In this document: positions 48,944 to 61,244 of the stretch, piece by piece | Layout: the number at the start of each line of letters is the position of its first letter | Position numbering within the stretch: the first letter of the stretch is position 1 | From: Takakia lepidozioides | Lineage: Eukaryota > Plantae > Bryophyta | Length of the DNA stretch: 64,000 nt | Direction of reading: 5' to 3' | Assembly: GCA_030704615.1 (NCBI GenBank) | Contig: CM060734.1 | Coordinates: 29,264,001-29,328,000, forward strand | Notes under the pieces: generated by a model | Databases searched by the model: none | The model's input: only the letters and a program-made list of their open reading frames with translations | Told to the model about the DNA's origin: nothing | Position numbers and translations under genes: made by a program

Positions 48944-51900
48944 ATGGAGGTTATTGGCGAGGACGACCCCAACTTTCAGCAAGAGAGACCCTCGCAGATG
49001 GTGCTGAGGACCTGCACCATTGTCTCCAATTTGCAAAGGAGCGAGCATGCGCACGGGAGCGGGAAGGCGCGGGGGAACCACAGAAAAGGGCAATCTGGGT
49101 CAGCAGACGCATCTGCTCTATCATCTCGGCAGTGCAAGCCTGCGACCTCTCCCATGTTGGTATCAAACCGCTCCTCGCCTGGAGCAGGGAGCTTGCACAG
49201 GGGTCACCATGGAAGGGGTCCAGCGGCACCTGGCGTAGATGTGGTGCTCACTGCAGAGAGACGGCAAAGAGCCCTAAAGACGTTGAGAGACAACGCCCTG
49301 AACCACACCTACAACTCCATTTCGCATCTTCTCCAAAAAGGCCACCCTCCGTGTGTTCCCTTGTGCAGGATGAGGACGCTTCTTGCAGTTCGGCGAGCTG
49401 AAAGGCCCGAGATTGAAAAGTTGAAGCTTTTTTTTGAGGGAGATGGGTACAACAACGCCCTTGCGTCCTTTCTGCTTGCAACGAGCAACACTGCAGGAAT
49501 GGTTTCCACCATCACGCCCGAGAATAGAGCGACCTGGGACATCCACTGGCAGGAGGAGGACCTGTGCTTTGAGGATGCCATCAAAGGCACCATGTGGGAG
49601 TTTTTGAGCAACAAATGGCCCTACATCTATGACGACAACCACCGCTACCTGGCGTGGATGGAGGTCATAACAGAGCAGCATGCAGACGACCCCGAATGGC
49701 ACTATGTAGTCAATGCCAAGATTTTGGATGTGAAACAAGAGGACATCGCCTTGGTCAGAAGGGCCATGAATCGCATGAACGTGTAAAACTACTCACGCTT
49801 CTTCATAGTCTGCTCATATGAGCATAGTTTCTGTCGTAAGTCATGTAGAGGTCTGCTCACAGGAGCAAACATTTCCTAGCAATTAGTCTGACTGCAGGAT
49901 GCGGGGAATCTGTGCCGATTTTCCAGGCCCAGTGAGTGTGCTCAGAAGTTTGTGCCGGCTTATGCTGTCTTACTCTGTATCATGCTGTATCATGCTACAT
50001 GCTGTACCATACTGTTTCATTCTGTTTCATGGTAAGCTTCTCTGCTCGGGTAGTCTGTACCGACTACCCAAGCAGAGCTATGCAATGGTATTGAATAGTC
50101 TGGACCGACTTCCCAAGAGTTACTGTGGCACTGTATGTGATTGTGTTTTTTTTTGTTTTGTGGACTGCCATAGTGTGGGAAGTCTGCACCGACTACCCAT
50201 TCCTCCACCCTATTGTCCCTGTGCTTACCCCATTGTTGTTATGCAGGGTGACAAAAGAGGGCAATGTGAAGTCAGACCTCGCACACAAGCTTTACTATTT
50301 CCAGCTATGTGCAACAACTCCAATCGAGCAGTACAAGAATTCACTGTCCAAAGAGGTGTACCTGAAGTGTTAAACGAGACACGAATTGGATGACATTGAC
50401 ACGGGAGGGCCTTGTCGAGTTCATGGCACAGGAGTCATTTCGGGAGATAACGGATGATATGTTGGCGGAGTATTCCCACCTTTCCAACACCCCGGAGAAT
50501 GCAGAGATTGTGGAATCAGCTCTGGATGCAAATCTGGCAGTCTGCAAAATGAAATGGCACTCAAAGATTGCCAAGTACAGTTCCATCTGTGATCCAGCCC
50601 TTGGCGACGGGTTCCTTTTTGAGATAACCACATACTACAACAAGTTGCACGCCCTGGACAGAGCGGAGAAAACTTCAAATGGTTGCCACCAGCCTCATTT
50701 CTTCGGATGCGAAGATTGGGTGGTTGAAATTATGGAATCTACTGCCGGCCAACAGGAGAATCTTTCTGGTGTCACCAACGGACAAGGAATTCAGTGATTG
50801 GGTGGACAAGGCCACTTGGTGGTGGCAGGTATTCTGTTCTTCACCGCTTGAATATGTAATTCTGGAAGTCGGCACAGACTTGCAATGGCTTTGCATCATA
50901 ATGTTAGTAATGTGATTGTGTAGTGGATATTGGAGGGCCATGCTGACAGTCCTTGTTGTTTGCAGCAAATGCAAGAGGCGGAGAGGGAACTGGGCTCTCT
51001 TATCAAGGACAAGATTTTGGCGGTGCGTCAGATGGAGGACATGAAAGGATTGCTCAGGTGGATTGAGCATTTCATGGTCGAGTACTGGAACGAGCTTTTC
51101 CACTACGAGATGGTGGAGGGCCCACGCAGGAGCTGGGGTGTCCTTGAGCAGCCAGGGGGGATGCATCCTGCACGTCGACTTGTCTACAGGTATGACAATG
51201 CAGACCCTCTGTTGTTTTTGTAGAGGTGGTAGTTGGGAAGTCTGCACAGATTTCCCGATAGGATGCGGACAATGGCAAAAGTCTGTGCCGATTTCTGAAT
51301 GTGCAATGCCTCGCTTTTTCAGGTACATCAACTTCTACCTCCTGCCCAACAAACACATTCAAGCTATTCTGACGATGGTTTCTCAGTGGGCAGGTACACG
51401 GGCTGAATGCACCATGTACAATGCCAAGCAGATTACAGAGTACGTGCGGTCCTCCCATTTGCAGTGTTATTGGTGGTTGGACTGCCCACCGAACTTCATC
51501 CCTGTAGAGGAAGCAGAAGCATACAAGACTCTAGCTTCAGGTGAAGAAATACCACCTCCACCCGGACAACCCGCGAGCGAGACCGCGAGGGCAGAAGCCC
51601 ACAATGCCGCTGTCGCTCATCTTGAGCACACCACAGAGGCCCTTCTAGCGGAGGCAGCTTCCAAAATGGGCCGCACCAGGAAGCAGAAGCCCAAGAAGGC
51701 ACAAAGAGTTGGCGAGCAGTCATCTCCTGCCAAACAGGCTAAGGCCCAGAGGGAGAAAAACTAGGAGGGGGCGGATGAGACAGAGGATGTGCAGCTGGTG
51801 GAAGCCGAACATGTTCAAGAGCATGGCAGAACGGGGATCACTGAGCATCTGGGTGGCATGGACCTAGCAAACGCACGCCGTGGGCCCAGCCGGAGTCTGG

Positions 51901-53270
51901 TTTTTGCACAGGGTGGTGCTGGTTCCAGAGTACCGAAGTCAACGGCATTGCCCTTGGCCACACAACAATCCTTGTTTGAGGCTCGTCCACTGCAGAAGTC
52001 GGTGCCAACTTGTGAGGTGAAATGCATCCACTGCGACAGCTTTGCACTTGTTGAGCAGCGCCTGACAAATGAATCCACCACAAAGAGGTGGCCAGCGGAG
52101 AGGGCGATGGTGGATGTGTTCATTGAACGTCACAAGAAGAGGAGGGAGCCTGTGCGGGGGGGAATTTCCGAGTCGTCCATGAAGGAAGGTGTTGACCTCA
52201 TCATTGTGGATATCCCATATGGGCAGATGGTGCAGAATTGCGGGGCAGAGGGTGTTGTGCCTGATTGGAATGTGCGGAAGCTTTCAGCTCTGCCATATCG
52301 CTGGCAAATGCAATCACGGATGATGTGGGGCGACTCCTCATTTTCTGCAAGGGTGATGGCAGGACGAAGATGGAGCTTCGACAGATAGTGAGCAATGCGC
52401 CCTTTCATTTTGTGAAGAGGAAGTGGACCTGCATGAATGCCCTCCCGCTCCTGACAGGCGACGAGCAGCAGCCACAGGTAGCCCAAACACCACCTCATTC
52501 TCACGTTTTTCATGTTCCATTCCCTTTGCATGTGGGAAGTCGCCACAGACTTCCCAAATGCCTGAATGATGTTTTGATCACTTCTTGTTCTGTGGGAAGT
52601 CTGCACATACTTCTCACATACACAGCCCTGTTTTCATGGAAGAGAGTAGTGCATCCTAGTTGTTCCCACATCCACTATTGGTTTTTTAATAGAACAGTGA
52701 GTTATGGTGAGCAGTTTGAATTTGGTCGGAGTGCAGGTCTTGATTGGGAAGTCGGTACAGACTTACTAGTGTGCGCTGAGGTAATTGGATTTCGTTTGCA
52801 GACTAGGGTGTTCTATTTTTTTTTTGCTGTTGAAGTGCCCGACATACGCCTGCGAACTTGGCCGGGATGCCAAGAAACTCGATTTGGACTTCAATCCGGT
52901 GGACACCGACATTGTGTGGAATTTTGTCAGCAAAGACAAGCTGTACACAAGACCTGATGGGACCTGGTTCAGATGCGCCAGAGAAAAAAGTCCAATGTTC
53001 CTACAGACTTTTATGGAGATGCTGACTGACGTTGGTGGCAAGATTGTCGACCTCACTGCAAACAGTAGCGCATCGATGGTGGCTGCACGGGTTTGTGGTC
53101 GCCACTTACTGGCCTTGGAAGGCGATGAAGAGATTGTAAGAGATAAACTCGTGGGCCTGCAATGTGACATGCCTGCTACCCCAGATCCCGTGGCTGCAAT
53201 GGACTTGACACCTGATGAGTGGTTCAGGGAATTTGATGACCAAGCTGTGCATGTCCATGTACTGGAATGA
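48944..53270 (+). pseudogene. Multi-exon ParB/Srx-like plus beta-class N4-C/N6-A DNA methyltransferase-like fusion (copy C)
   Basis: VRRAERPEIEKLK…GY…YIYDDNHRYLAW (ParB DGxHR-like); VDLIIVDIPYG (motif IV); REKSPMFLQTFMEMLTDVGGKIVDLTANSSASMVAARVCGRHLLALEGD (motifs X, I, II). A few stops and frameshifts. Confidence 0.8.
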
Positions 53271-53289
53271 GTAAGTTTGATGTTCCTCT

Positions 53290-55234
53290 CGTTCAATTTT
53301 TTTATTTATAGGCATGCCTAATATTACGTCATATTGAGCTAGTCTGACCACTCGCCATTCTAAAGTTTCTCTATATTTACCGACCGACAATTCTATGCTT
53401 TTAGGTAGTGTCTCAATGGCCTCTGTATGTCCAATTGGCATTTCTACTTCCTCTCTTTAATCTTTCTCCAAGGGTAGTCATAGTTTCAAGGCAGCCTTTC
53501 TAGATAAGAAGTTTTCTGTTGCCCTAGGGTCTATCAACACTCTCACATGAATACCTTCCAAAGTTCCGTCTGCCACAATTAACTGCGTCTCTTTCTTGCC
53601 CGCATGACTAATCTGTCTCTTCTCCTTGTAGGGCCCCTCGTCTTTCATCTTCTTTGTAATGAAAGCGAGACTGCTCCAACAATTCAAGGCAGTGGATGTT
53701 GTTACAACTGCTCGAATAAAATTATGGAATTTGGAACAATGCGGCGGTGTGCAGAATTACATTGAAGATTTTTTGAATCTTCAAGTCCAAATCGAAGACA
53801 TGAGTCTTGCAGAAGCATTAGACAACTTCAAAAGAGGATTGAAGAAGAAAATTTAAGGAGAGGTGATTCTACGCAACCCGGTTGATGTCCACGAAGCAAT
53901 TTCATTGGCCTAAAAGATTGAAGGGACCAAGATACGACGAAGGTACATACGTTCCATTGAACAAGTACGGACCAACGCCTATGGAGCTTGGAAATCTTCG
54001 AAGACGGGATAACTTCCAATATTATCAAAGCAATAGACTGGGAATTAAATATGGGAAGATAACACACAACGACGAATGAAACTGAACGACAAGGATGTGA
54101 CCTCCTCAACAATCTCACAAACAGAAGGACAAAGGAAAACTAGACAATGTTACAACTGTGGAAAATACGGACATCTATAGTGGAGCGAGATGGCGGACAA
54201 TGAAGAAATGGTGGACAACGCACACACTATTCATCAAACTAATGATCAGACGGTGTGGATAATGGAGTGCTTACACGACTTGCAGAATGCTTTCGTCACG
54301 ACCCAACAACAAAATAACGTGTTGATGGAGGAGCTTAAACAAGTAAGACAATCAACCGCCTTGGGACTGGTTGCTGGTGGGTCAGATACATTACTGCAAA
54401 AGATGACGAAGACGTGCAAGGTCGAGCCGTATAAAAGAAGTCGCGCCATGGGAGTGCCAGAAGGATGAATTTATCGAATCGAGGTACATCTATCATATTT
54501 TCCTACATCAAGCGATTTGGACCACGGAATGTTCATACGATCTTTCCTACTCGACAATGCTTTAACATGGTTACAGACATGGGAGAGAAAACAGATCGCA
54601 AAAGGAGAACCTTTACTATGGAACTTGCTTCGTGGTGTTTGTCTTCTAAGATTAATGTATACTATATTTATTCTCTTATCATAATACAGTATGTAAATAG
54701 TACAATCCCAAACCATCCCGTACGTGACTATTGGTAATACAAAAGAAACGAATTCTACTCCAAATTCTGCAGCTAAAAATCTTACAAGATGATGTTTGTG
54801 CACACATTGATACTAAATACATTTGGCGGTGGAAAATTGGGTAGTATGTATCTACCTCGATCCATGAACTACGTATATACACATATGTATACATTCCAAT
54901 TTCTAGTTATAGGAAAGACGACAGGTCGTGGGTTTTGTAACACTTCTTGATATCGTTCATCTCCAAATATCCGCACTATCATATCTCTAATTTCTGCCTT
55001 ACGACGACATATAATTTTAAATTCACACTCAGAAGGAAAATCACAGAAAGTGGGTCGATTTAAGTCCATAAAAATTTTATCCAATCGCTATGACACACCA
55101 TCACTACTATCTATTATTACAACACTCAAAAATATTAACAACCACAATCCTTCCAAATATATATATATATTAATCGTATCCTCCTCAAGAGGGTATTAAC
55201 TCTCAACTTCAAGAAAGACTAGGTTCTGATACCA
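53290..55234. mobile_element. Scrambled Ty3/gypsy remnants (protease on minus strand, gag pieces on plus strand)
   Basis: VLIDPRATENF and YDVILGMP (minus). VQNYIEDF…NFKRGL, GPTPMELG and CYNCGKYGH (plus). PBS-like TGGTATCAGAA at 55224-55234. Confidence 0.75.
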
Positions 55235-55441
55235 TGTTGGAAAACCACTAGCGTGTGGTTGGGCTAGGGATTGAACCTAGGACCTCCCCCATTCCGGTGG
55301 GGTGCTCTACCACTGAGCTACCCGTCCCGTTCTGTTCACAAAGTGTCGTGCAAGGGCTATAGCCTTGACACCTCCAACACTCCCCCTTATAGCTAATGCC
55401 CACCCATTCTGACCACCGTCCCAACCTTGGCTCTGATACCA
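55235..55441 (-). mobile_element. TRIM unit: PBS, ~60-bp internal region, PPT and 145-bp LTR containing a tRNA-derived sequence
   Basis: LTR TGTTGGA…TCCAACA at 55235-55379; PPT AAGGGGGAG at 55380-55388; PBS TGGTATCAGAGC at 55430-55441. Confidence 0.8.
55256..55327 (-). pseudogene. tRNA-like sequence with A and B boxes inside the mini-LTR
   Basis: GGACGGGTAGCTCAGTGGTAGAGCA-CCCCACCGGAATGGGG-GAGGTCCTAGGTTCAATCCCTAG-CCCAACCA; 6-nt anticodon loop and mismatched acceptor stem. Confidence 0.75.
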
Positions 55442-55788
55442 TAGTAACACCCAGGATCTACACAAACTGCTTCTAAGTTTTTTCCCAAAACAACTCGATG
55501 TCTTGTAGGCTTTCATTACATGTTTATATACCCTTCACAATATGATTATTTTAAAGATTTGACTTGAGAGCCTCAAGTACTTCCTAAAATCAATCTTCCT
55601 AGGTTTGACATATTCTCCACAATATGACTTTCTCAAATATTTGATCTACTCTCCATAATATGAATATCTTATAGGTTTGACTTGAGAGCCTCAAGTCAAA
55701 CTTCCTAGGAACCTTCCTAATTATTTTGGAAACTTTTAAGGAACTTTTCTCCTCTATCTAAAAACCTTCTAGATTCTACCCTGTTACA
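55442..55788 (-). repeat. Probable 5' LTR of the degenerate gypsy element
   Basis: (T)GTAACA…TGTTACA termini, adjacent to the PBS. Confidence 0.6.
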
Positions 55789-57167
55789 TGTAGCCATTCT
55801 GCTCCTCTGTTTGCTGTATGTAGAAGTTGTTGTATGCCCGCAGTGGGTGGTGTCTTGGCATGCGGTGACACACTCTGATTTAGTTCCAGTAAACTAATTT
55901 ACTCATCCCTGGCTTAGGTTTGTTAATGCTGGGCCCCTTTCTCGAAAATGTAATCTCTGCAGATTGGGTTCTATAGCATCTCATATGTAGCAATTCTTTT
56001 TGGGTTCGTCTATTGGGAGTGGGTGTCATTGTGCTTTAGATAATGACAGGGGCTGTGAGTGTGGTTGTCCCCTAAATTAATTCAGTAGAACTAACCTGAT
56101 GTTAGTAATCTAGGGCTGGGATGAGAGGGTTTGTTATTTGAAGGGTTTGCTTACTTTTCTTGGCTCCAAAGTAGTTGTTGGGAGTGGAGTTTTGAATGGG
56201 AAGGGGGAGGCATGCATGTCATGAGTAGTGTGGTGGGTGTTCTCCCTGCATTAGTGCTTCAGCCTCATGCATGATAGGGTAATTACATTGGTAGTGGATC
56301 AATGATTTTTTAGTGACTACAGAGTAGCTGCATCTGCAAGGGGCTCAGGTGTGACTCTGTTCATCACATTATTAGCTTATCATGTCAGCTGGGATGATTT
56401 ATGGCATATGTGTTGATAGTTTATATCAATGCTTAGCCTGGGTTGTTATAGTGGGTGCGATTCTCCCTAAAGTACAAATTTATGTAGGCTTATGGATCCT
56501 CCATGCTTTAGTTATGTATAAAACTCTGTAGTATTTATGTCTGGTTCAGCACGCACTCTGTGCTAGGGCAGAGGCTGTAGCATTGATAAGCTGTGATGAT
56601 GATTATTTAATAAGAGGAACTGCAGGCATTGGGTCAGAGTTCATACCAGCTGTAGATAGAGAAAATCATGGGGAGAGAGAAGTGAGGTGCTGTTGCTTGG
56701 CCACATAGGGAAATTGCAATCCGTGGCACATGTCTTAATGATTGAACGATCACTCAAGTATTAGTAGGTGAATTAACCCCAAGGGCATTGCCCTTTTGGA
56801 AATTATTGAGTTGCATTCAGGGCTGTTGCTTACGTATGCAACCACCATCAAGAGCTGGGATCAACAAGTGCTAAGGCATTACCTGCATCTGTGTTTTCCT
56901 CTTCCGCTGCAGCACAGATGTGGAATGACGAACATCACTCTGATAACTAAGGGTAAATTAGGGTAGAAAGTGTAGGTCACCGTTTTCGCTCTACACCCCA
57001 TGCGGGGCCATCCCCCTTTGCCACACGCACTCGGCACTCAGGCTAAACGTTCTCCCACATACTCTCAAAAGTGTGTGGCTTAAAACAGGTTGAGCCATAC
57101 TTTTTTAGAGAGTCTATGGCAAATTATAGAAAATATGCTTACATATATATCTTAGGAATATGTAAGT

Positions 57168-59960
57168 GTTTTTTTTTTTTTTTTTTAACAAGGGAAAGGG
57201 GACGGTGACCCTTTTGATCAAATTAGATAAAAAAGAGTTCACGTGGAAATAAGGTGACCTAGATGCAGAGGGGAGTGCAGAGTGAGCAAGGTGTGAGTTC
57301 GAGGGATAAGGAGGAGCGAGATCATTGCAGGTGCAGAGAAAAAATCACCTATGGTCCAGCAACACTGACTAAGGTGCCAGGAAGATAACTATGAGAGCAG
57401 TGATTGAGATGGAGTCCAAGAGCAATGCCTAGACTGGGAAGAAGATATCAAGGCAGCATTAACAAGAAAATCAGGAACGAGGGACCCGCCACTAAAAACT
57501 AAAACTTGAGGAGGGCCTTGAATATGGGGTTTCTAGCACGCCTGTGCCTCCAGTTGCAATCCCCTTTCTCCTTCACCAGGTGTCTTGCCATTGCGCAGGG
57601 ACGGAGTCTTCCCATCGAACATAAGAGTTGGAAACAGGGGAGCCGAGCAGGCCGCCCTTGCCCTAGGTGAGGTCGAAAACATGGAGGAGTCGAGCCCTGC
57701 GTTGTTTCGAAGATCTGGGAAGAGCTGCACACAGGGGATCCAGGCCTTCTTCCCCTTAGTCATCAGATCAAGATACACATTGAACAAGATTGCTTTGATG
57801 CTGGGGGGTTTCCCCTGATATTTCCATAAACACCTGGCTTTCCACACATTCCAAAGGGTATGTGTTCTAAGGCATGCCCATACTGGGCAGTTAAGCATGG
57901 GCAGTCCAGGCTGCACATTCAACAGAAGCCTGGAAGGGAAAGGGGAGGGAGGAAGTGCCTTCTAGTTATAATAGAACTGAATGATTAACCTCTAGATGCG
58001 AGAAATTGAGGGGCAAAGAACCAAACAGTGCTCAATGGATTCATGTTCCCGAAGGCAAATGGCACATTCCTGAGGTCCTTCCTGCATACTTGCATGGATA
58101 GGCAGGATCATATGTGCCACTTTCCACAGGAAGGCCGAGACCTTAACTGCTCGGTCTTTCCTCCAAATCAGAATCCCACTCGCGCCTGCTCATAATGGTG
58201 GTACCCCATTTGTTGCTGCCATTTGATCAGAAATGAACGGGGAGGAGATAGCAGAGAGTATCCCATTTTAATTTTATAAGCGAAGAAGGGGGAGTGAGTG
58301 GATTCCATTGAACCCCACTTGCCTGGATCAAACTGAAGCCCCTCCAGGGGATGTTTGAGGAACCAAATAAAGGTAGTGTGCCTGGCTTAGTGCACCACGT
58401 CAGCTGCCGGGGGCCTTGGATTAGCATTCCTCTTTCCATCAAATATCCTAATGTAAAAGAGAAATTGACAATAGATGTTCTTCATACCGTCAGCCCCAAT
58501 TGATCAGCAATGAATGAGAGCCCAGAGGCCAAATCATCATTAACTGAAAGCACCAGGATGACAGAAGTACCATTTTGTTGGTGAGCAGCCATCCAAGCTG
58601 TCGGTAGGGAGAACTGTTCATTACCAATTGGATCGAGAATGGAGCCCCAAGAAGTAGCGCTCCCACTAGGGAGGAAACCAGAGGGGTAGGGATGAAATTG
58701 CCATGTTCCCAGATGTGTGAACCTCTTGCTTTCCCAATAAGCCCATTTTGGATTCAGCTAGAATAAGGATTCAGAATCCAGGTTATAGTTCCCAAAAATA
58801 GGTTGTCTCGAGCAATCAACAAAGTTCGTTGGCATTCTCTATGTGAGGGAGCCCCTGAGAGTTTGTCCATGCTTTCCAAATTGACTGCCAGGTAGCAGAT
58901 CCCAAACTAACCCCAGCTTTGTTCCTCTGAACTATCCAACGCAAAGAGGGGGCCCACAGAGACGAAGAGCGAGGGGTGGAGCCAATCAGGTAGGGTTGGA
59001 CGAGCCTGCTCCAGGATAAGAGGTGGTGTGCCAGTGCACAAGGAACCCATTTTGCCAAAAGAGCAGTGATTTGTTTCCCCGCGTCTATGAGCCCTAGACC
59101 ACCCTTTTTCTTTGGTTGACATAACTGATCCCAAGACAAGAGAGCACGTCATTTGGGAGAGGCTGGGGTACTAGCCCCCCACAAGAAGTTTCTTACAAGA
59201 GCTTTGATCTGGGTTACAAGCTTGGAACCAGGTGCCCAGACTACCGCAAAGAACCAGATGGAAGAATTGAGGATTTGGTTGACCACAAGAGCTCTTCCGG
59301 CCACTGGCAGCAGGAAGGAGCTCCAGAAGTCTAATTTGCATTTGAGATTTTTCAGGACCCTGCTGAATCTTTGTTCATCTGAGAGATTGTGTCCGATTTG
59401 GTGCCCAAGTAAGGTGTGGGACTCCCCTTCCTATAACCATTTGAGGCCCAGCTCAGAGCCCCAGGGAGGGCAATGACCAACCAGAGTGTTGTGATGCATG
59501 AGGGATAGGATACCCACTGACTTGCGCCAGTTAATCTGTAATCCAGAAACCAAGCAGAAAACCCTCATTGCTAGGCCCTGTTGATGTTTGCTCTGTTGGA
59601 GTTGTCCAGAAGCAGCACTGTGTCGTCAGCGTACATGGAAACCTTGGCCACATTGTTCTGAGATAGAGCAGGGTCTGGCAAATGAAGGCCCACTATATCT
59701 GGCTTGGAATCCAGCAGGTGGCCAAGGCTATCTGCAGCAACATGAGGAAAAGAAAATGAGCGAGAGGGCAGCCTTGCCTCACAGAGCGGGATAACGGGAA
59801 GGATTGAGAGATAATGTCGTTAACTATGACCTTGCTAGAGGCAGAGGAAAGCAAAATTTTAATCCATGAAAGGAAGGAGCCTTGAAATCTAGCTTTGTCC
59901 AGGACTTGGAGGAGGAATGTCTAGTCAATAGAATCGAATGCTTTTTCAGAATCAATATTC
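57168..59960 (-). mobile_element. 5'-truncated, degenerate L1/Tx1-type LINE ORF2 with poly(A) tail
   Basis: Minus-strand YADDT (~59625), LPVAGRALVVNQIL, SWDQLCQPKKKGGLGL, zf-RVT-like C..C…ESIEHC, LWNVWKARC. T-run at 57168-57186. Confidence 0.85.
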
Positions 59961-60924
59961 TCCTAACTCAGGAGGCTCTCCACAGAGCATCCCTGACCAA
60001 CCAACCGTTGGCTCTTCTCATGCTAGGTAGGATGTTACACAGACAGTGGAGAGGTAGCTTACAAGAGAGAAGAGTACTACATATGTGTATGGGGTCTGTG
60101 GTATTCTAGGAAACAGCTACTGGCCGGCCAACACTTCTCTTTGCAGACTGACCCGGACCCGTATTGGTGGCTGTTGTCACCATATCACACGGGAACTGAT
60201 CCATTGAGTGATTTTTCTTTGGAGTTAATAACTCCAAGAACTGATAGTTCATCTAATGGGACGCCAGAAAGGGGCTGTCCAAAGGGAATCCTCAAGAGGG
60301 AACCACAGCCTGGCTGCATGCCTCCTTTCTCTGACAAAAATGTTACCTTTGCTGCTGTGATTAACAAACATGAGTTTGATGAGGGGAGCTCTGGAGGAGC
60401 CATGGATTGCGGGATGGATGATGATACAGGTAAGGACCAGCACAATCAGCTGCTCCGAAACAACGGAGGCTGCTCCAGGCACCAAAACTCTTGGGAGGCT
60501 GCGCTGAGGATGGCCAGGCCGATCTACCCTCAATCAACATGGTGCAGACGCAGCAGGGTAAGCAACATGCAACAAATGAATCAAAAGGGGGCAAGGGTAA
60601 GGCAAAATTACTGGAGAAACAGGAGCAGAGCAGCTCCAAAACGGCAGAACCTTTGGGTGACAAGATGCTGGAGGAAACAAGTGCGGAGGACCAAGAGGAG
60701 GAAGGAGAAACTCCGTCATCCTCTAAACCTGCCTTGAGAACACCGATGAGACGTTGGTCTACTGATACTGACTGTCCATCCTGCAGTAAGGACGAACTGC
60801 ATGCCTTGCTACAGGCTGCAGACAGGTGGGGTGAGGGAGTGAGTACTCAAAAGTGTAACAGTGATGTGTCATCTCTTGTCCAAGAAGAGATGACTCAATC
60901 GGTGCCTCATTCCCAGAGTTGGAT

Positions 60925-61240
60925 CCCCAAACTGGCTAAGTCCTAGAGACCCCAAATCTGCAAATGTGGTGCCGCATTTCCAGATTTCAGTCCCAAAACA
61001 GGCTAAGTCCCAGCAATTCTGGGACCCAAATCTGGAAATGTGGTGCCACATTTCTAGACTGCTGGGACTTAGCCTGTTTTCGGACACAATTCAGGAATTG
61101 CGGTGCCGCATTTTCAGAGTTGGGTCCCCAAACTGGCTAAGTCCCAGCGGTTGGGGGACCCCAAATCTGGAAATGCGGCACCGCATTTCCAGATTCCATG
61201 TCGGCTAAGTCCCAGCAGTTTTGGGACCCAAATGTGGAAA
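60925..61240. repeat. Palindrome cluster GGAAATGCGGCACCGCATTTCC with GGCTAAGTCCCAG motifs
   Basis: For example 61164-61195 AATCTGGAAATGCGG-CA-CCGCATTTCCAGATT; same layout as 21780-22080. Confidence 0.85.
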
Positions 61241-61244
61241 TGAA

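Larger units (their letters stand above)
43030..53270. mobile_element. MULE-SWIM transposon carrying a ParB-methyltransferase gene (element 2; ends not resolved)
   Basis: Divergent transposase and ParB-MTase genes. GAAGTCGGCACAGACTTC-type motifs are confined to this span. Confidence 0.75.

Noticed and set aside
48944-53270. Bacterial or phage contamination, or a restriction-modification operon
   Set aside because: The gene has GT-AG introns, lies among plant retroelements, and no endonuclease partner is visible.
55256-55327. Functional tRNA gene
   Set aside because: 6-nt anticodon loop, acceptor-stem mismatches, and it sits inside an LTR.
60141-60946. Overlapping low-complexity ORFs with a GILK…KNVTF (PP1-docking-like) motif
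   Set aside because: Frameshifted, short motifs can arise by chance, and I cannot assign the region to an element.
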